NCBI GenBank assembly: GCA_965216325.1 | Contig: OZ244160.1 | Location: forward strand, 2,624,001-2,688,000 | Source of the DNA: Coraliomargarita sp. | GTDB taxonomy: Bacteria; Verrucomicrobiota; Verrucomicrobiia; Opitutales; Coraliomargaritaceae | Length of the DNA stretch: 64,000 bases | Direction of reading: 5' to 3' | Shown here: positions 21,801 through 35,107 of the stretch, piece after piece | Numbering within the stretch: position 1 is the first letter of the stretch | How the letters are laid out: each line of letters begins with the position of its first letter | Notes under the pieces: generated by a model | Told to the model about the DNA's origin: nothing | What the model saw: only the letters and a program-made list of their open reading frames with translations | Database searches by the model: none | Position numbers and translations under genes: made by a program

Positions 21801-22403
21801 CTGGAGCGCTGCGCCAAAGAGTTGCCGGAGTCGGCGTGGAGCGACGAGCAGATCGTGCGTTGGCGCGATGGCAAAGAACACCGTGCCCAGCACGCTTGGC
21901 TGCGCTATCAGCCGGAGGGCTGCGAGCAGCCACAGCTCTTTGCGGTGACGCGTCACCAACTGGCCGATGGGGAACTGTTCGGGCGCTATGCCTTCATCTG
22001 CTGTGAGTCGGGGCGTGAGGGGCGCGCCGATATGGCCGTGGAGCGGCACAAGCTCAAAGGCGACCGGGAGCGCCAGTTCTCACAAGTGCTCACCGACATG
22101 GATTTGCACCATCCCCCATGCAAGAGTCTGGCAGCCAATCAGGTCTTCTATGCAATCGGCGCGCTCGCGCACAACCTGCTCCAGGCGATCAAACTGATTC
22201 ACCTGCCCGACCACGAGCAGCCCATACGTATCCGCACCCTGCTGCATGTGCTCATGCTCATCCCTGTAACCTTCAAGCGCCATGCCCGTCAGCTCAAAGC
22301 AGTGTGCTGTGTGAACAGCCGTTGGCTGCCATGGCGGCGCAAGTTTGCCCACGAACTAGACGCACTCTCGGCGCTCTACAAGTTGCGCCCCTCGCCAGGC
22401 TGA
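21801..22403 (+). pseudogene. IS1380-family DDE transposase, C-terminal fragment
   Basis: HKLKGDRERQF..DMDLHHPPCKSLAANQ..ALAHNLL..IRTL..RHAR pattern; 5' part replaced by the Y1 element. Confidence 0.75.
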
Positions 22404-22544
22404 TGCCGATCAAATTGCCCCGATACCCCTACGCGGACGCTGAGCCGCTCGCACTACCAATCCGCCCGAATCCCGTAACCCGAAGCACGTATCACGATCC
22501 GAACTACCCGTTCGGATGCGCCAGCTTGCGCGAAACGAACAAAA

Positions 22545-22587
22545 CACTCTACACAGAGAAAACTTTTACACTGCTAAGGATCGGGGC
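22545..22587 (+). mobile_element. Probable right end of the IS1380-like element
   Basis: About 140 nt after the transposase stop; ends GGATCGGGG (reverse complement begins CCCCGATCC); duplicated at 14596. Confidence 0.6.
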
Positions 22588-22704
22588 GACAACAAGAATC
22601 TTTCCGGTTGTATTGGTATTCACGATACTGAATCAAGGTTGCTGCGGCTAAATCGCAATCGATATCTCGGTGGGAACTGTGGCCAATTTGAAAAAATGGT
22701 ACGC

Positions 22705-22739
22705 AAACAAAAACCGTTCACTTCGAGAAGTGAACGGTT
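22705..22739 (-). terminator. alaS terminator
   Basis: AACCGTTCACTT-cgag-AAGTGAACGGTT with a T tract on the minus strand. Confidence 0.8.
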
Positions 22740-22794
22740 GGAAGCTTCAGTCGATATGCGTCGGCGTTTAGACAAGCACAAGGCTTACGCGAGC

Positions 22795-25608
<2,814 letters not shown>

Positions 25609-25612
25609 CTTG

Positions 25613-25656
25613 GGAACATCGAACATCGAACGTCGAACGTCCAACTTCGAATGGCT
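25613..25656. repeat. Heptamer tandem array (GAACATC type), left arm
   Basis: GAACATC GAACATC GAACGTC GAACGTC CAACTTC GAATGGCT. Confidence 0.85.
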
Positions 25657-25667
25657 CTTGGTTCAGG

Positions 25668-26081
<414 letters not shown>

Positions 26082-26087
<6 letters not shown>

Positions 26088-26127
26088 TCGATGTTCAATG
26101 TTGGAGGTTCAAAGTTCGACGTTCCAG
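26082..26127. repeat. Heptamer tandem array (TTCGATG type), right arm, inverted relative to 25613-25656
   Basis: AGCCA TTCGATG TTCAATG TTGGAGG TTCAAAG TTCGACG TTCCAG. Confidence 0.85.
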
Positions 26128-26144
26128 TTTTAGAAAGATTTGAA

Positions 26145-27245
26145 CTACAAATTTTTCAAAACTGCGTCGCCCATGGCTTTGGTGCCGACGGTGTCGAGGC
26201 CGAAGGCGATGTCGCCAGTGCGGGTGCCGCCAGTGACTGCCTTTTCAACGGCTGCTTCGATGGCGTCTGCGGCTTCGAGTTCGCCGAAGCTGTAGCGGAG
26301 CATGAGTGCGCCGGAAAGGATTTGCGCGCATGGGTTGGCGATGCCTTGGCCTGCGATGTCCGGTGCGGTGCCGCCGGATGGCTCGTAGAGACCGAAAGGG
26401 AAGCCGAGGCTGTTCTTCTCAGCACCGAGGGATGCGGACGCCAGCATGCCGAGGGAGCCGCAGATCACACCCATTTCGTCGGAAAGGATGTCGCCGAACA
26501 TGTTTTCGGTGAAGAGCACGTCGAACTGGTTCGGGTCGCGAGCGAGCTGCATGGCTGCGTTGTCGACATACATGTGGCTGAGCTCGATTTCCGGAGCGTT
26601 CTTGGCGAAGTAGTCAGTGACCACCTTGCGCCAGAGCACGGAGGTTTCGAGGACGTTGGCCTTGTCGACGGAGCAGACGCGCTTGCCGCGTGCCTTCGCG
26701 GTGTCGATCGCAACTTGAGCGATGCGCTCGATCTCGCTGGTCTTATAGACCATGGTGTCGATCGCTTGCTCTTCGCCGTTTTCAAGTGTGGTGGTCGCCT
26801 TTGGCTGACCGAAGTAGATGCCACCGGTGAGCTCGCGGATACAAACGATGTCGATACCAGTTGGGATGCGCTCCTTCTTGAGCGGGGAGGCGTCGGTCAA
26901 TTCTGGGTAGAGCAGACCCGGGCGCACGTTGGCGTAAAGGGAGTAAGCCTTGCGGATCGGGAGCAGGGCTGCGCGCTCTGGCTGTTCCTTGGGAGGCAGT
27001 GTTTCCCACTTTGGACCGCCGACGGAGCCGAATAGGATCGCTTCGCTCTTGTCGCAGACGTCCTTGGTGCTGTCGGGGAAAGCGACGCCGTGGTTGTCGA
27101 TGGCGATGCCGCCGATGTCGGCATTCTCATAGTCGAGTGTGAAGCCGAACTTTTCACCAGCGGCTTTAAGAACGTCGAGAGCGACGTCCATGACTTCAGG
27201 GCCGATGCCATCACCGGGTAGAACTGCGAATTTGAGCGTTTTCAT
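26145..27245 (-). CDS. leuB: 3-isopropylmalate dehydrogenase
   Basis: [47 protein letters not shown]. Confidence 0.97.
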   Translation of the reverse strand: MKTLKFAVLPGDGIGPEVMDVALDVLKAAGEKFGFTLDYENADIGGIAIDNHGVAFPDSTKDVCDKSEAILFGSVGGPKWETLPPKEQPERAALLPIRKAYSLYANVRPGLLYPELTDASPLKKERIPTGIDIVCIRELTGGIYFGQPKATTTLENGEEQAIDTMVYKTSEIERIAQVAIDTAKARGKRVCSVDKANVLETSVLWRKVVTDYFAKNAPEIELSHMYVDNAAMQLARDPNQFDVLFTENMFGDILSDEMGVICGSLGMLASASLGAEKNSLGFPFGLYEPSGGTAPDIAGQGIANPCAQILSGALMLRYSFGELEAADAIEAAVEKAVTGGTRTGDIAFGLDTVGTKAMGDAVLKNL

Positions 27246-27330
27246 AAAATTGTCTGGTTGAGGGAAAAGCGGAGTAATCTGCCCCTCGAACGCGACGCTT
27301 CAAGCCTTTTCGCGATTCGCTGTGCTGACC

Positions 27331-28857
27331 TTAGCGGTAGATAATCTCCAAGTCTGACTGTGCACTCTGGAGTGCCTCAATGCCTGCCTTGCTGGTTCGT
27401 GTGTTGGTCAGGAAAATACGCTCAAGATTTGCCTTGTCCTGCAGGTGCTTGAGGCCCGCATCACTGACTTGACTGTTGTAGAGATTGAGGTAGCTGAGCT
27501 TGGGCAGTTGTGCGATTGATGCGAGATTGGCATCGCTGACATTGCTGCCGTCGAGATGAAGGCGCTCGAGGTTCTTAAAGTGGGAGAGTTGGTGATAAAA
27601 ACTGTCCGGGAGTTCGAGCTTACTGGCGTCGATCCAGATCAGTTTGTCGCCGAAAGCTTTGAGCTGTTGGACCGCAGCTTCGAGTTGGCCGGGGTCGACG
27701 ACGCCGAGGTCGATGCGCACGCGCAGGTCGTTCCAGGCGTTGTATTCGGCTTTGACCCCGGTAGCGCTGATTTGCTCGATCAGCGCTTCGGTCGTGGTAT
27801 CGCTCAACTCGACGTAAGTCTCGGCGTATTTGGTGCGCTCGCTAGGTTTCGGCCAATAGGCACCGGCGGCGACCCATGCTTCGATGGCTGTTATGCCTTC
27901 AGCAGGCACGGCGGCCTTTTCTTCGGGGGGCATCACGTCATCGTCGTGGCGAGGGAGGCGAATGCGGTGAATGAGTTCACTGTCTTCGAGTTTGCCCGGC
28001 ACGATCGGAGCGAGTTTGCTTTTGCCGGCAGTCATGATGGCGACTGCGTTGTCCATACGATATTTGCCTTTTTGCTTGGTGGCACCGTGACAGTTGAAGC
28101 AGTGTGCTTGGAACACTGCGTGCGCTTTTTCGAAGGAGGCGAGACGTGGGTCCGCAGTGCGGGGGGGCGGCGGGGCGGCATCCATCGTGGGGGCCATCAT
28201 CATGTCCGCCATGGGCTCATCTGTCGTCGCGTCCATCATGGCTTCCATCTCCATGCTTGGTTCGGAAGTCGGTTCGCTTGACGTTGTTACGGCATTGGTC
28301 GGGGCATCCGTTTGAATTACTTGCTTTGAGATCTCTGTCGTCGGTGCTGCTTGTGGCGGTCTGCTTGCCACGGGAGCGGTGGGCGACTCTGCTTGCGTCA
28401 CGCGAACAGGCTCCGGTTCAAAGCCTTTAGTGAGGAAGCCTTTGCCGTGGATCAGTTCACCGCCAATATGGCCTGTGACCACCATGGTAATCGTGCAGGC
28501 AAGTAGTCCGAGATAGTAAACAAATCGGGGGACGAGTCGCTCGGAGATGCGTCGCAAGAGATAGAGGACACAGGTGACGCTGACCGCGGCGGCGAAGCCA
28601 TAGCCCCAATATTTATGACTGTCGATTTCGTCGCCATAACCGCCGTAGATCGCATACGCCAGGCCGAGGAATAGGCTGAGTAGGGTACCGAAGAAGAGCA
28701 GTGCGTGCAGGATGATCAGCGCTTGGTTCTTACGCAGGTCGCCTCGGTAAGGCGGCAGTAATTCGATAAACCAAATCGCAACAAGTACTCCAATCGGTAG
28801 ATGGAGCAGCACCATGTGAAAGGGGCCGAATGGGATTAGAAAGTCTGGAGTCGACAT
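27331..28857 (-). CDS. Membrane protein with planctomycete-type cytochrome c domain and C-terminal leucine-rich repeats
   Basis: FHMVLLHLPIG, GHIGGELIHG (4 TM), Met/Pro-rich linker, CFNCHG heme motif, VMPP, LRR LERLHLDGSNVSD / LSYLNLYNSQVSDAGL. Confidence 0.8.
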   Translation of the reverse strand: MSTPDFLIPFGPFHMVLLHLPIGVLVAIWFIELLPPYRGDLRKNQALIILHALLFFGTLLSLFLGLAYAIYGGYGDEIDSHKYWGYGFAAAVSVTCVLYLLRRISERLVPRFVYYLGLLACTITMVVTGHIGGELIHGKGFLTKGFEPEPVRVTQAESPTAPVASRPPQAAPTTEISKQVIQTDAPTNAVTTSSEPTSEPSMEMEAMMDATTDEPMADMMMAPTMDAAPPPPRTADPRLASFEKAHAVFQAHCFNCHGATKQKGKYRMDNAVAIMTAGKSKLAPIVPGKLEDSELIHRIRLPRHDDDVMPPEEKAAVPAEGITAIEAWVAAGAYWPKPSERTKYAETYVELSDTTTEALIEQISATGVKAEYNAWNDLRVRIDLGVVDPGQLEAAVQQLKAFGDKLIWIDASKLELPDSFYHQLSHFKNLERLHLDGSNVSDANLASIAQLPKLSYLNLYNSQVSDAGLKHLQDKANLERIFLTNTRTSKAGIEALQSAQSDLEIIYR

Positions 28858-28972
28858 ATGTGGTCGTTGAAAGAGGCTAAGAAGACCACCCCGGTCGGAC
28901 GAGCCGACCACTCCTCTTTGAACAGGAGGAGAGCTTTTGATGAGCATTCAGAGCCGGCATGTTTCAGTTTAA

Positions 28973-30256
28973 CTAAAAGAGTGCGGTTACGGGTTGGCCT
29001 TTGTCGGCAATGCGGAACGGACGACCTGAAGGGGAATAAACGACTTTGTCAATCGGGAGTCCGAGTGCATAGGCGATCGTTGCATTAAAGTCCGGAACGG
29101 TGACGGTGTTTTCGATGACGCTATGGCTACGCTCATCGGTGGCACCATAGACTTGGCCCCCCTGGATTCCGCCTCCGGCGAGCACGCAGCTAAATGCATT
29201 CGGGTGGTGGTCCCGGCCGGCGTTGCCATTGATTTTCGGAGAACGCCCAAATTCAGTGCCGATTACGACGAGTGTTTCGTCCAGCAGGCCGCGGTAGTGG
29301 AGGTCTTCGAGTAGCGCCGAGGCGCTTTGGTCGAGTGTTGTGGAAAGTGTTGCGACTTGATCGTGGTTGTCGTTGTGGGTGTCCCAACCACCAAGATTGA
29401 GTTCGACATAGCGCACCCCATGTTCGACCAAGCGACGGGCGAGTAGGCAGCTCTTGCCGAATCGGGATTCTCCGTAGACCTTGCGCATGTGTTGAGGCTC
29501 TTTACTCAGGTCAAAGGCTTCAAGGTCCTTACTATTCATCAGTTTGATGGCTTCTTGATAGACGTCTGAGTATGCGCGGACTTTTTTAGCGGGATACTTC
29601 TTATGGAAGCTGAGGTCCATCATTTTGGCGATCTCTAGTCGCTCACGCATTTCGATTTCGTCCACACTGTGGTGGCGATCAATGTGTGGTAGACCTTCGT
29701 CCGGATTTCCCAGATGCAGTGGTCCGTATTTTGAATCGAGAAAGCCTGCACCGCCGGGTGTGTTGTTACTGCCTCCGATACGAACATTGCCCGGAAGGGT
29801 GGAGTTGGTTTTGCCCGACATACTATTGAGCCATGCGCCGAGCCCGGGGTGTTGAATCGTCCCGCGCTGCGTGTAACTGGTGTGCATGAAGTAGTTGCCT
29901 TGTTCGTGGGCACCTTGATTGGAATACATCGAGCGAATGATTGCCATCTTGTCGGCGTGGCGTGCGAGGCCCGGTAAGTATTCGGAAAAACGGATGCCGG
30001 AGACATTGGTTTCGATCGGCTTGACGGGGCCTTGGTCTTCCCACTGGGGCTTGGGGTCAAAGGTATCGATCTGACTCATGCCACCGCTGAGATAGATGTA
30101 GATGACGTTACGCGCAGTGGCTTTGCGCGCCATTGAGGCTGCCCAGAGTGGATTGGCTGCGGTGGAGGACAGTCCGACGCCAAGCAGTGCCTTGGCTGAG
30201 TAGTGCACGAACTTACGGCGTGAGAGTTCGTCTAGCTTATGGAGTTCGTCAAACAT
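28973..30256 (-). CDS. DUF1501 domain protein (Tat signal)
   Basis: SRRKFV, GGMSQIDTFDPKP, CLLARRLVE.GV, GGWDTH, EFGRSP, GRDHH. Confidence 0.9.
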   Translation of the reverse strand: MFDELHKLDELSRRKFVHYSAKALLGVGLSSTAANPLWAASMARKATARNVIYIYLSGGMSQIDTFDPKPQWEDQGPVKPIETNVSGIRFSEYLPGLARHADKMAIIRSMYSNQGAHEQGNYFMHTSYTQRGTIQHPGLGAWLNSMSGKTNSTLPGNVRIGGSNNTPGGAGFLDSKYGPLHLGNPDEGLPHIDRHHSVDEIEMRERLEIAKMMDLSFHKKYPAKKVRAYSDVYQEAIKLMNSKDLEAFDLSKEPQHMRKVYGESRFGKSCLLARRLVEHGVRYVELNLGGWDTHNDNHDQVATLSTTLDQSASALLEDLHYRGLLDETLVVIGTEFGRSPKINGNAGRDHHPNAFSCVLAGGGIQGGQVYGATDERSHSVIENTVTVPDFNATIAYALGLPIDKVVYSPSGRPFRIADKGQPVTALF

Positions 30257-30331
30257 TGTGAAGTGAAGGTGAGGGTGAATGTGGACGTGTTATCTCTTTA
30301 TTTGGTTAAGACTCGTACTGTCGTGTCAGTT

Positions 30332-30405
30332 GTAGGGGCGTTGCTTGCGACGCCCGCGGCTGTTGAGCTCTTTTGCTACGCGGGCTTCGCAAGCAAAGCC
30401 CCTAC
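30332..30405. repeat. GTAG REP doublet (REPIN-like)
   Basis: GTAGGGGCGTTGCTTGCGACGCCCGCG...CGCGGGCTTCGCAAGCAAAGCCCCTAC. Confidence 0.8.
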
Positions 30406-30447
30406 GTTCCTGTTGGCATGAGAGACTAAGAGTAGGATTATGAGTTG

Positions 30448-32790
30448 TTACTGAATAAAGATGAATTGCTGGGTGTTGAGCATCGCCCAGATGATGCGTT
30501 CACGGGCTTTCTCCGGGTTCTCAACAAAGTAGGGTAGCAGGGCTTCCATCTCGGCTTCGGTTGGCTTGCGTGCCAAGAAGCCGATATAGAGTGTTTCCAG
30601 TTTCTCGACTGGCGTTTGGGCTAATCGGGCTTCGATCACCGGAGCGGACTTGTGGGTGAACATACCGTTGATCTGCGGTGAGTTCATCAGGAAGAGTGCC
30701 TGCAACACGTTGCCACCATCATCGGAGTTCTCGATCAACATACGATCGGACTGCCCAAAGATTTCCAATAGGTGTCCATGAGGTGCGGGCGATGGGAGCT
30801 CGGATGCTCGACGAATGTGGGTCAACCATTTCACCTGCTGCCGGTTCTTCTTCTTCATTTGTTCCGCGTATCCGGGGAAGTCGGACATGGCTCCGCTTTG
30901 TGCGGTTTGCTGTGATCGGTCCTCATTGGGATCGACTAAGTTGTTCCACGCTTTGCGAGCAGAATTCATACGAGTGCGCGCTTGGTTGAGTTCGTCGGTG
31001 CCTTTGTAGTCGGGATCGCGGTTGAGTTTATAAAATATGGAACGTGCCTCAAAATACTCCTTATACACATCGCTCATCTCGATAATGTATTGGCTCAATT
31101 GTTGCGGAGACATCTCTTCCAGCATGGTGACCGATGCTGGCGGTTTAGAGGTACTATAGGTAATTCCACCGTTACGCCCAGTGTATGAATTGGTCAGTCG
31201 GGAGTCGATCTCGGGCGTCATCAGGGTCGCAAGTGAGTCCCAAATCTGCTCCGGAGTCATGCGCTGGAAGACGGGCCCTTGGAAGTGGTAGTCGTCGTCC
31301 TTGTCTGGATCATCCATGACTGATTGACGTTGGAAGTATTGGGTGTTGTAGAGTACGCGTTGGAACTGCTTGAGGTCGTAGTCCAAGGCACGCATCAACT
31401 TTTCCAGATAGGCCATTAGCTCTGGCGACTCGGCGACGGACTCGTCGGTCAGGTTATCGACGGGCTCGATCAGGCCTTTGCCCATGGCATGTTTCCACAT
31501 GCGATTCGCAATGACTGTGGTGAAGCGATCGTTGTTCTTACTGACGAGCCAGTTGGCATAGCTGTCGACCTTTGAAATCGAGTCATGTAATTTGGCATCT
31601 TCAGCTTCACCAAATAGGACCTTGGGTTTGACGACATCTCCCGCTTTGCCATCGCTATACATGTAGTCGTGCGGAAGCTTTAAGTCGCGTTTGGTGTGGA
31701 TGACACCCCAGCGCATTGGGTCGAAGAACTCTCGGCCGGCACGCATGGGGCTAGCCTGTTGGTTGTTGGGCAGCTTGCCGTCGTTGAGTTTACGAGAGGC
31801 CTCGCGCAATTTGGCCATGATCTTACGTACCTCTGGATTGTCGTTTACGCCGACGCCGGTTTTCAACCCGTAGGTGTAGGCTGCCAATTCGTAGAAGTCT
31901 TTCTGGGTCCAGACATCCGTCGGGTGATTGTGGCACTGGGCACACTGCATTTGAGTGCCCAGGAAAATCTGCGCAGTCATGGACATATTATCCAGTGGCA
32001 TGCCGAAGTCGCGTAGGTAATAGCCCACCGCCGGATTGTCCCAAGGGTAGCCCTCGGCAGTCAGCAAGGAACGCACGAATTGATCGTAGGGCACGTTGTA
32101 GCGAATCTGTTCTTTGAGCCAGGGGACATAGTAGACGCCGCCATGACGTGATCCGTCTTGACCTGCTGTGCGTGCGCGCAGCACATCGGCCCAGAGGTTA
32201 AAGTTGTGACTGACATAACCCGGTGAATCGAGCAGCTTGTCGACCAAGTCCGAGCGCTTGTGAGGATTACGATTATTCAGGAAGTGGACTGCTTCAGCGT
32301 GAGTCGGAATGCGCCCGATAATGCGCAGGTAAGCACGGCGTAGGAAGGTAGCATCGTCAGTGTGTGGGCTTGGTTCGACGTCTTTGGCCTGCCAGTGCTT
32401 CGCTAGGAGCTTGTCGATTTCACGACTCCATTTGAAGTGGTCTTGAACTTTGCGGACAGGAGCGACACTTGGGCTGTGACGCTCAGTGTAATTCGCGACG
32501 GTCAGTCGTTTCGCGTTTTTTTCTTCGAGAATGTATTGTTGATCCTTGAGTGAGAACTGTTCGAGCGGAAACGTGTGAACGGTATTGGTATCCAATCGCT
32601 TAAATTTGACCTCGTCTTTGTGGATCGAGAGCAGTTCGGCTTCGATCGTCTTGCCACGGATGTCCGTGAGGATGCGAGCGCTGAGCGGACTGAGGCCACA
32701 CAGGGTGATTAGAATCAGAAGCAGGCGCTTCGAGGCGTTTGGTCTGGTGAGGTAGATGGCTTGATCCTTCCGGGCAGTATGATGAATCAA
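30448..32790 (-). CDS. DUF1549/DUF1553 (PSD1-type) protein with N-terminal SHD1-like domain
   Basis: TDIRGKTIEAEL..FSLKDQQYI; DDATFLRRAYL.IIGRIPT; CAQCHNHP; NRMWKH.MGKGL; LQALFLMNSP. Confidence 0.88.
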   Translation of the reverse strand: MIHHTARKDQAIYLTRPNASKRLLLILITLCGLSPLSARILTDIRGKTIEAELLSIHKDEVKFKRLDTNTVHTFPLEQFSLKDQQYILEEKNAKRLTVANYTERHSPSVAPVRKVQDHFKWSREIDKLLAKHWQAKDVEPSPHTDDATFLRRAYLRIIGRIPTHAEAVHFLNNRNPHKRSDLVDKLLDSPGYVSHNFNLWADVLRARTAGQDGSRHGGVYYVPWLKEQIRYNVPYDQFVRSLLTAEGYPWDNPAVGYYLRDFGMPLDNMSMTAQIFLGTQMQCAQCHNHPTDVWTQKDFYELAAYTYGLKTGVGVNDNPEVRKIMAKLREASRKLNDGKLPNNQQASPMRAGREFFDPMRWGVIHTKRDLKLPHDYMYSDGKAGDVVKPKVLFGEAEDAKLHDSISKVDSYANWLVSKNNDRFTTVIANRMWKHAMGKGLIEPVDNLTDESVAESPELMAYLEKLMRALDYDLKQFQRVLYNTQYFQRQSVMDDPDKDDDYHFQGPVFQRMTPEQIWDSLATLMTPEIDSRLTNSYTGRNGGITYSTSKPPASVTMLEEMSPQQLSQYIIEMSDVYKEYFEARSIFYKLNRDPDYKGTDELNQARTRMNSARKAWNNLVDPNEDRSQQTAQSGAMSDFPGYAEQMKKKNRQQVKWLTHIRRASELPSPAPHGHLLEIFGQSDRMLIENSDDGGNVLQALFLMNSPQINGMFTHKSAPVIEARLAQTPVEKLETLYIGFLARKPTEAEMEALLPYFVENPEKARERIIWAMLNTQQFIFIQ

Positions 32791-32891
32791 TCTTGGGGTG
32801 CCTTAATAGGCTGTTTTACTATGAAATCCTGTCAAATATAAGTGCATCGGCGCAGGGATCGTTCAGATCTGTAAAAGGTTGCAGATAAAAT

Positions 32892-33737
32892 TCATACAAG
32901 ATTTAGGAGGCTGACTTCCGGGCGGCAGTTAAAGCGCATGCCGTGTAGATTGCCCACGCCGCGAGTGACGTGGATCTGCTTTGATTTCCAGGGGTGCAGG
33001 CCTTCGACAAAGCGGAGGTCGCGCACGGGTGCAAAGGGGCGCTGGCCCAAAATGGGTACGATGAGTTGGCCCCCGTGCGTGTGGCCGCAGAGCATGAGAT
33101 CCCACTGGTAGCCCTGCAGGTCGTCCTTGCAGTCCGGGTTATGCGCCAAGACGATGATGGCGGCTTCTGAACTACGATCCGTCTCCATGCACAGCTCAGG
33201 GTGCAGATCTTTGGCCCAGAGGTCGCCGAGGCCGATGAGGCGGATGGGTTGTCCGTTGATGGTTGTTTGTTGGCTCTGGTTGAAGAGTACGCGAACTCCG
33301 CTGTTTTCGAGGAGTGCCTGCATGAGCGAGAAGTCACTATATCCGTTGGAGCGTCCGGCCCAAGAGCCACCGTCATGATTGCCGACACAGGCGAAGGTTG
33401 GCACCCGATCGCTGAGTTTTTTTAGAATACGATGGTAGACCTCAGCTTGTTCGAGATGCCGAGTGATGAAGTCGCCAGTCAGGCATGCCATGTCGGGAGA
33501 CTCGGCAAGTCCGAGATCGATGGAGCGTTCAATCAACTCGTAGGGGACATCCGGCGAGGCGTGAAAGTCGGAGAGGTGAAGCAGTTTGAGTGAGTGCTGG
33601 AGGTTCGGCAGGTGCACAGTCTTGGTGGTGACCTCGAGCCAGTCGGGTTCAATGAAACGCATATATGCAGCAGCTCCGCCTGCAGCAGCAAGGCCACTGG
33701 CGCAGAGTTTCAAAAAACGCTTACGGGTTAGTTTCAT
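32892..33737 (-). CDS. yaeI: Calcineurin-like phosphodiesterase (YaeI-like)
   Basis: SDFH, TGDF, GNHD, AHNPD, WDLMLCGHTHGGQ, NCRPEV. Confidence 0.8.
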   Translation of the reverse strand: MKLTRKRFLKLCASGLAAAGGAAAYMRFIEPDWLEVTTKTVHLPNLQHSLKLLHLSDFHASPDVPYELIERSIDLGLAESPDMACLTGDFITRHLEQAEVYHRILKKLSDRVPTFACVGNHDGGSWAGRSNGYSDFSLMQALLENSGVRVLFNQSQQTTINGQPIRLIGLGDLWAKDLHPELCMETDRSSEAAIIVLAHNPDCKDDLQGYQWDLMLCGHTHGGQLIVPILGQRPFAPVRDLRFVEGLHPWKSKQIHVTRGVGNLHGMRFNCRPEVSLLNLV

Positions 33738-33976
33738 GGGGTAAACGGTATGGTCGGCTGAGTCGATAGGACCCTTTGTTATGACCTTCGTTCCATTGAG
33801 TGTGTTTGTTTAGTCTATGGGCTGCGCTACGCACTGTGCAAGACGGCTGAGGCGCTTTTGGTGTGGATTATAATGGAGGCAGAGCTTGCAATCCAAACGG
33901 TGAAACTGCACGTTGATCTCTACTTCCTTATTTCTCGTAAGCGATCCTCCTTGCTTAAGTTACACTAACATCTCGT

Positions 33977-35107
33977 ATGGCGCATTCAGATGTATCCAGT
34001 TCATTGGTTCTGTTAGCTGACGGTGACGTATCCGTGCGTTTGGGAACTTGGATTGAGCTGACTAATCCCGAGGAGATCTTGTTTCATTTTGAGGCGAAGC
34101 TACGCAGTGCCGCCAAATTGGGTTGCGTGCGTTTTGAAGGTTCCGACAGTTATGCGCGTGAGGATGCGCTGGTCGTTGCCGTGCTGGTAGGGATGTTGCA
34201 GACCGCGAAAGAGGTGGGCTTTACTTGGGAGACCTCGGGTCTGACCTCAGCAGTGCAAAAGCTCGTCGATATCTCATTGGCGGTGCCTGCGCGTGCTCCG
34301 AAGGAGCCGGAGAAGGACAACTTCGTCGTGCGCTTGGGCGAATCGGTGCTTGGAGCCATCAAGGATTCGCGCGCGATCTTTGAGTTTACCGGTGAGTTGA
34401 TGTATTGCTTTGGTCTGTTGCTGATTGGTAAGGCGCGCTTTCGCAGATCAGACTTCTGGGTAACCTTACAGAGCTGTGGTGTGTCGGCCCTGCCGATTGT
34501 TGGACTCATCTCGGTATTGGTCGGTATTATCTTGGCCTTTGTGGGGGGCGTGCAGCTGCAGAAGTTTGGCGCGACCATCTTTGTGGTCGACCTCGTCGCG
34601 CTCGCGATGGCGCGTGAGATGGGCTGTATCATGACGGGGGTGATCATGAGTGGCCGCACGGGCGCATCGTTCGCGGCGCAGATCGGTAGTATGAATGTCA
34701 ATGAGGAGGTGGATGCGCTCGAGACACTGGGCTTCTCGGCGATGGAGTATTTGGTGCTGCCTCGGGCTTTGGCCATGGTGCTGATGATGCCCTTGCTGAC
34801 GATTTACTCGGATGTGCTGGGCTGTATCGGTGGCTTTATTGTGGCGGCGCCCATGGGGATTAGTCCGAATCAGTTTTGGACCCAGCTGGTGGGCTCGATG
34901 ACGTTGACACATATCGGTGTCGGTATCTTTAAGTCCTTCTTCTTTGGCGTCATTGTTGCCGGCACTGGTTGCTATTACGGTCTGCGCAGTGGACGTAGTT
35001 CGGCCTCGGTTGGCGATGCGGCAACCAAGGCGGTGGTGGCGGGTATTACGTGGATCATTGTGCTCGATGCGGTGTTCGCGTTTCTCTTTCAACTCTTGGA
35101 GATCTAG
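33977..35107 (+). CDS. mlaE: MlaE-family ABC permease with N-terminal STAS-like domain
   Basis: REMG..GRTGASFAAQIGSM..EEVDAL, VGDAATKAVV. Confidence 0.9.
   Translation: MAHSDVSSSLVLLADGDVSVRLGTWIELTNPEEILFHFEAKLRSAAKLGCVRFEGSDSYAREDALVVAVLVGMLQTAKEVGFTWETSGLTSAVQKLVDISLAVPARAPKEPEKDNFVVRLGESVLGAIKDSRAIFEFTGELMYCFGLLLIGKARFRRSDFWVTLQSCGVSALPIVGLISVLVGIILAFVGGVQLQKFGATIFVVDLVALAMAREMGCIMTGVIMSGRTGASFAAQIGSMNVNEEVDALETLGFSAMEYLVLPRALAMVLMMPLLTIYSDVLGCIGGFIVAAPMGISPNQFWTQLVGSMTLTHIGVGIFKSFFFGVIVAGTGCYYGLRSGRSSASVGDAATKAVVAGITWIIVLDAVFAFLFQLLEI

Noticed and set aside
25609..25644. N-terminal extension MDVRRSMFDVPK of AlaS in the ORF track
   Set aside because: It is translated heptamer repeat; the conserved AlaS start MTSAEIRQ follows with its own ATG.
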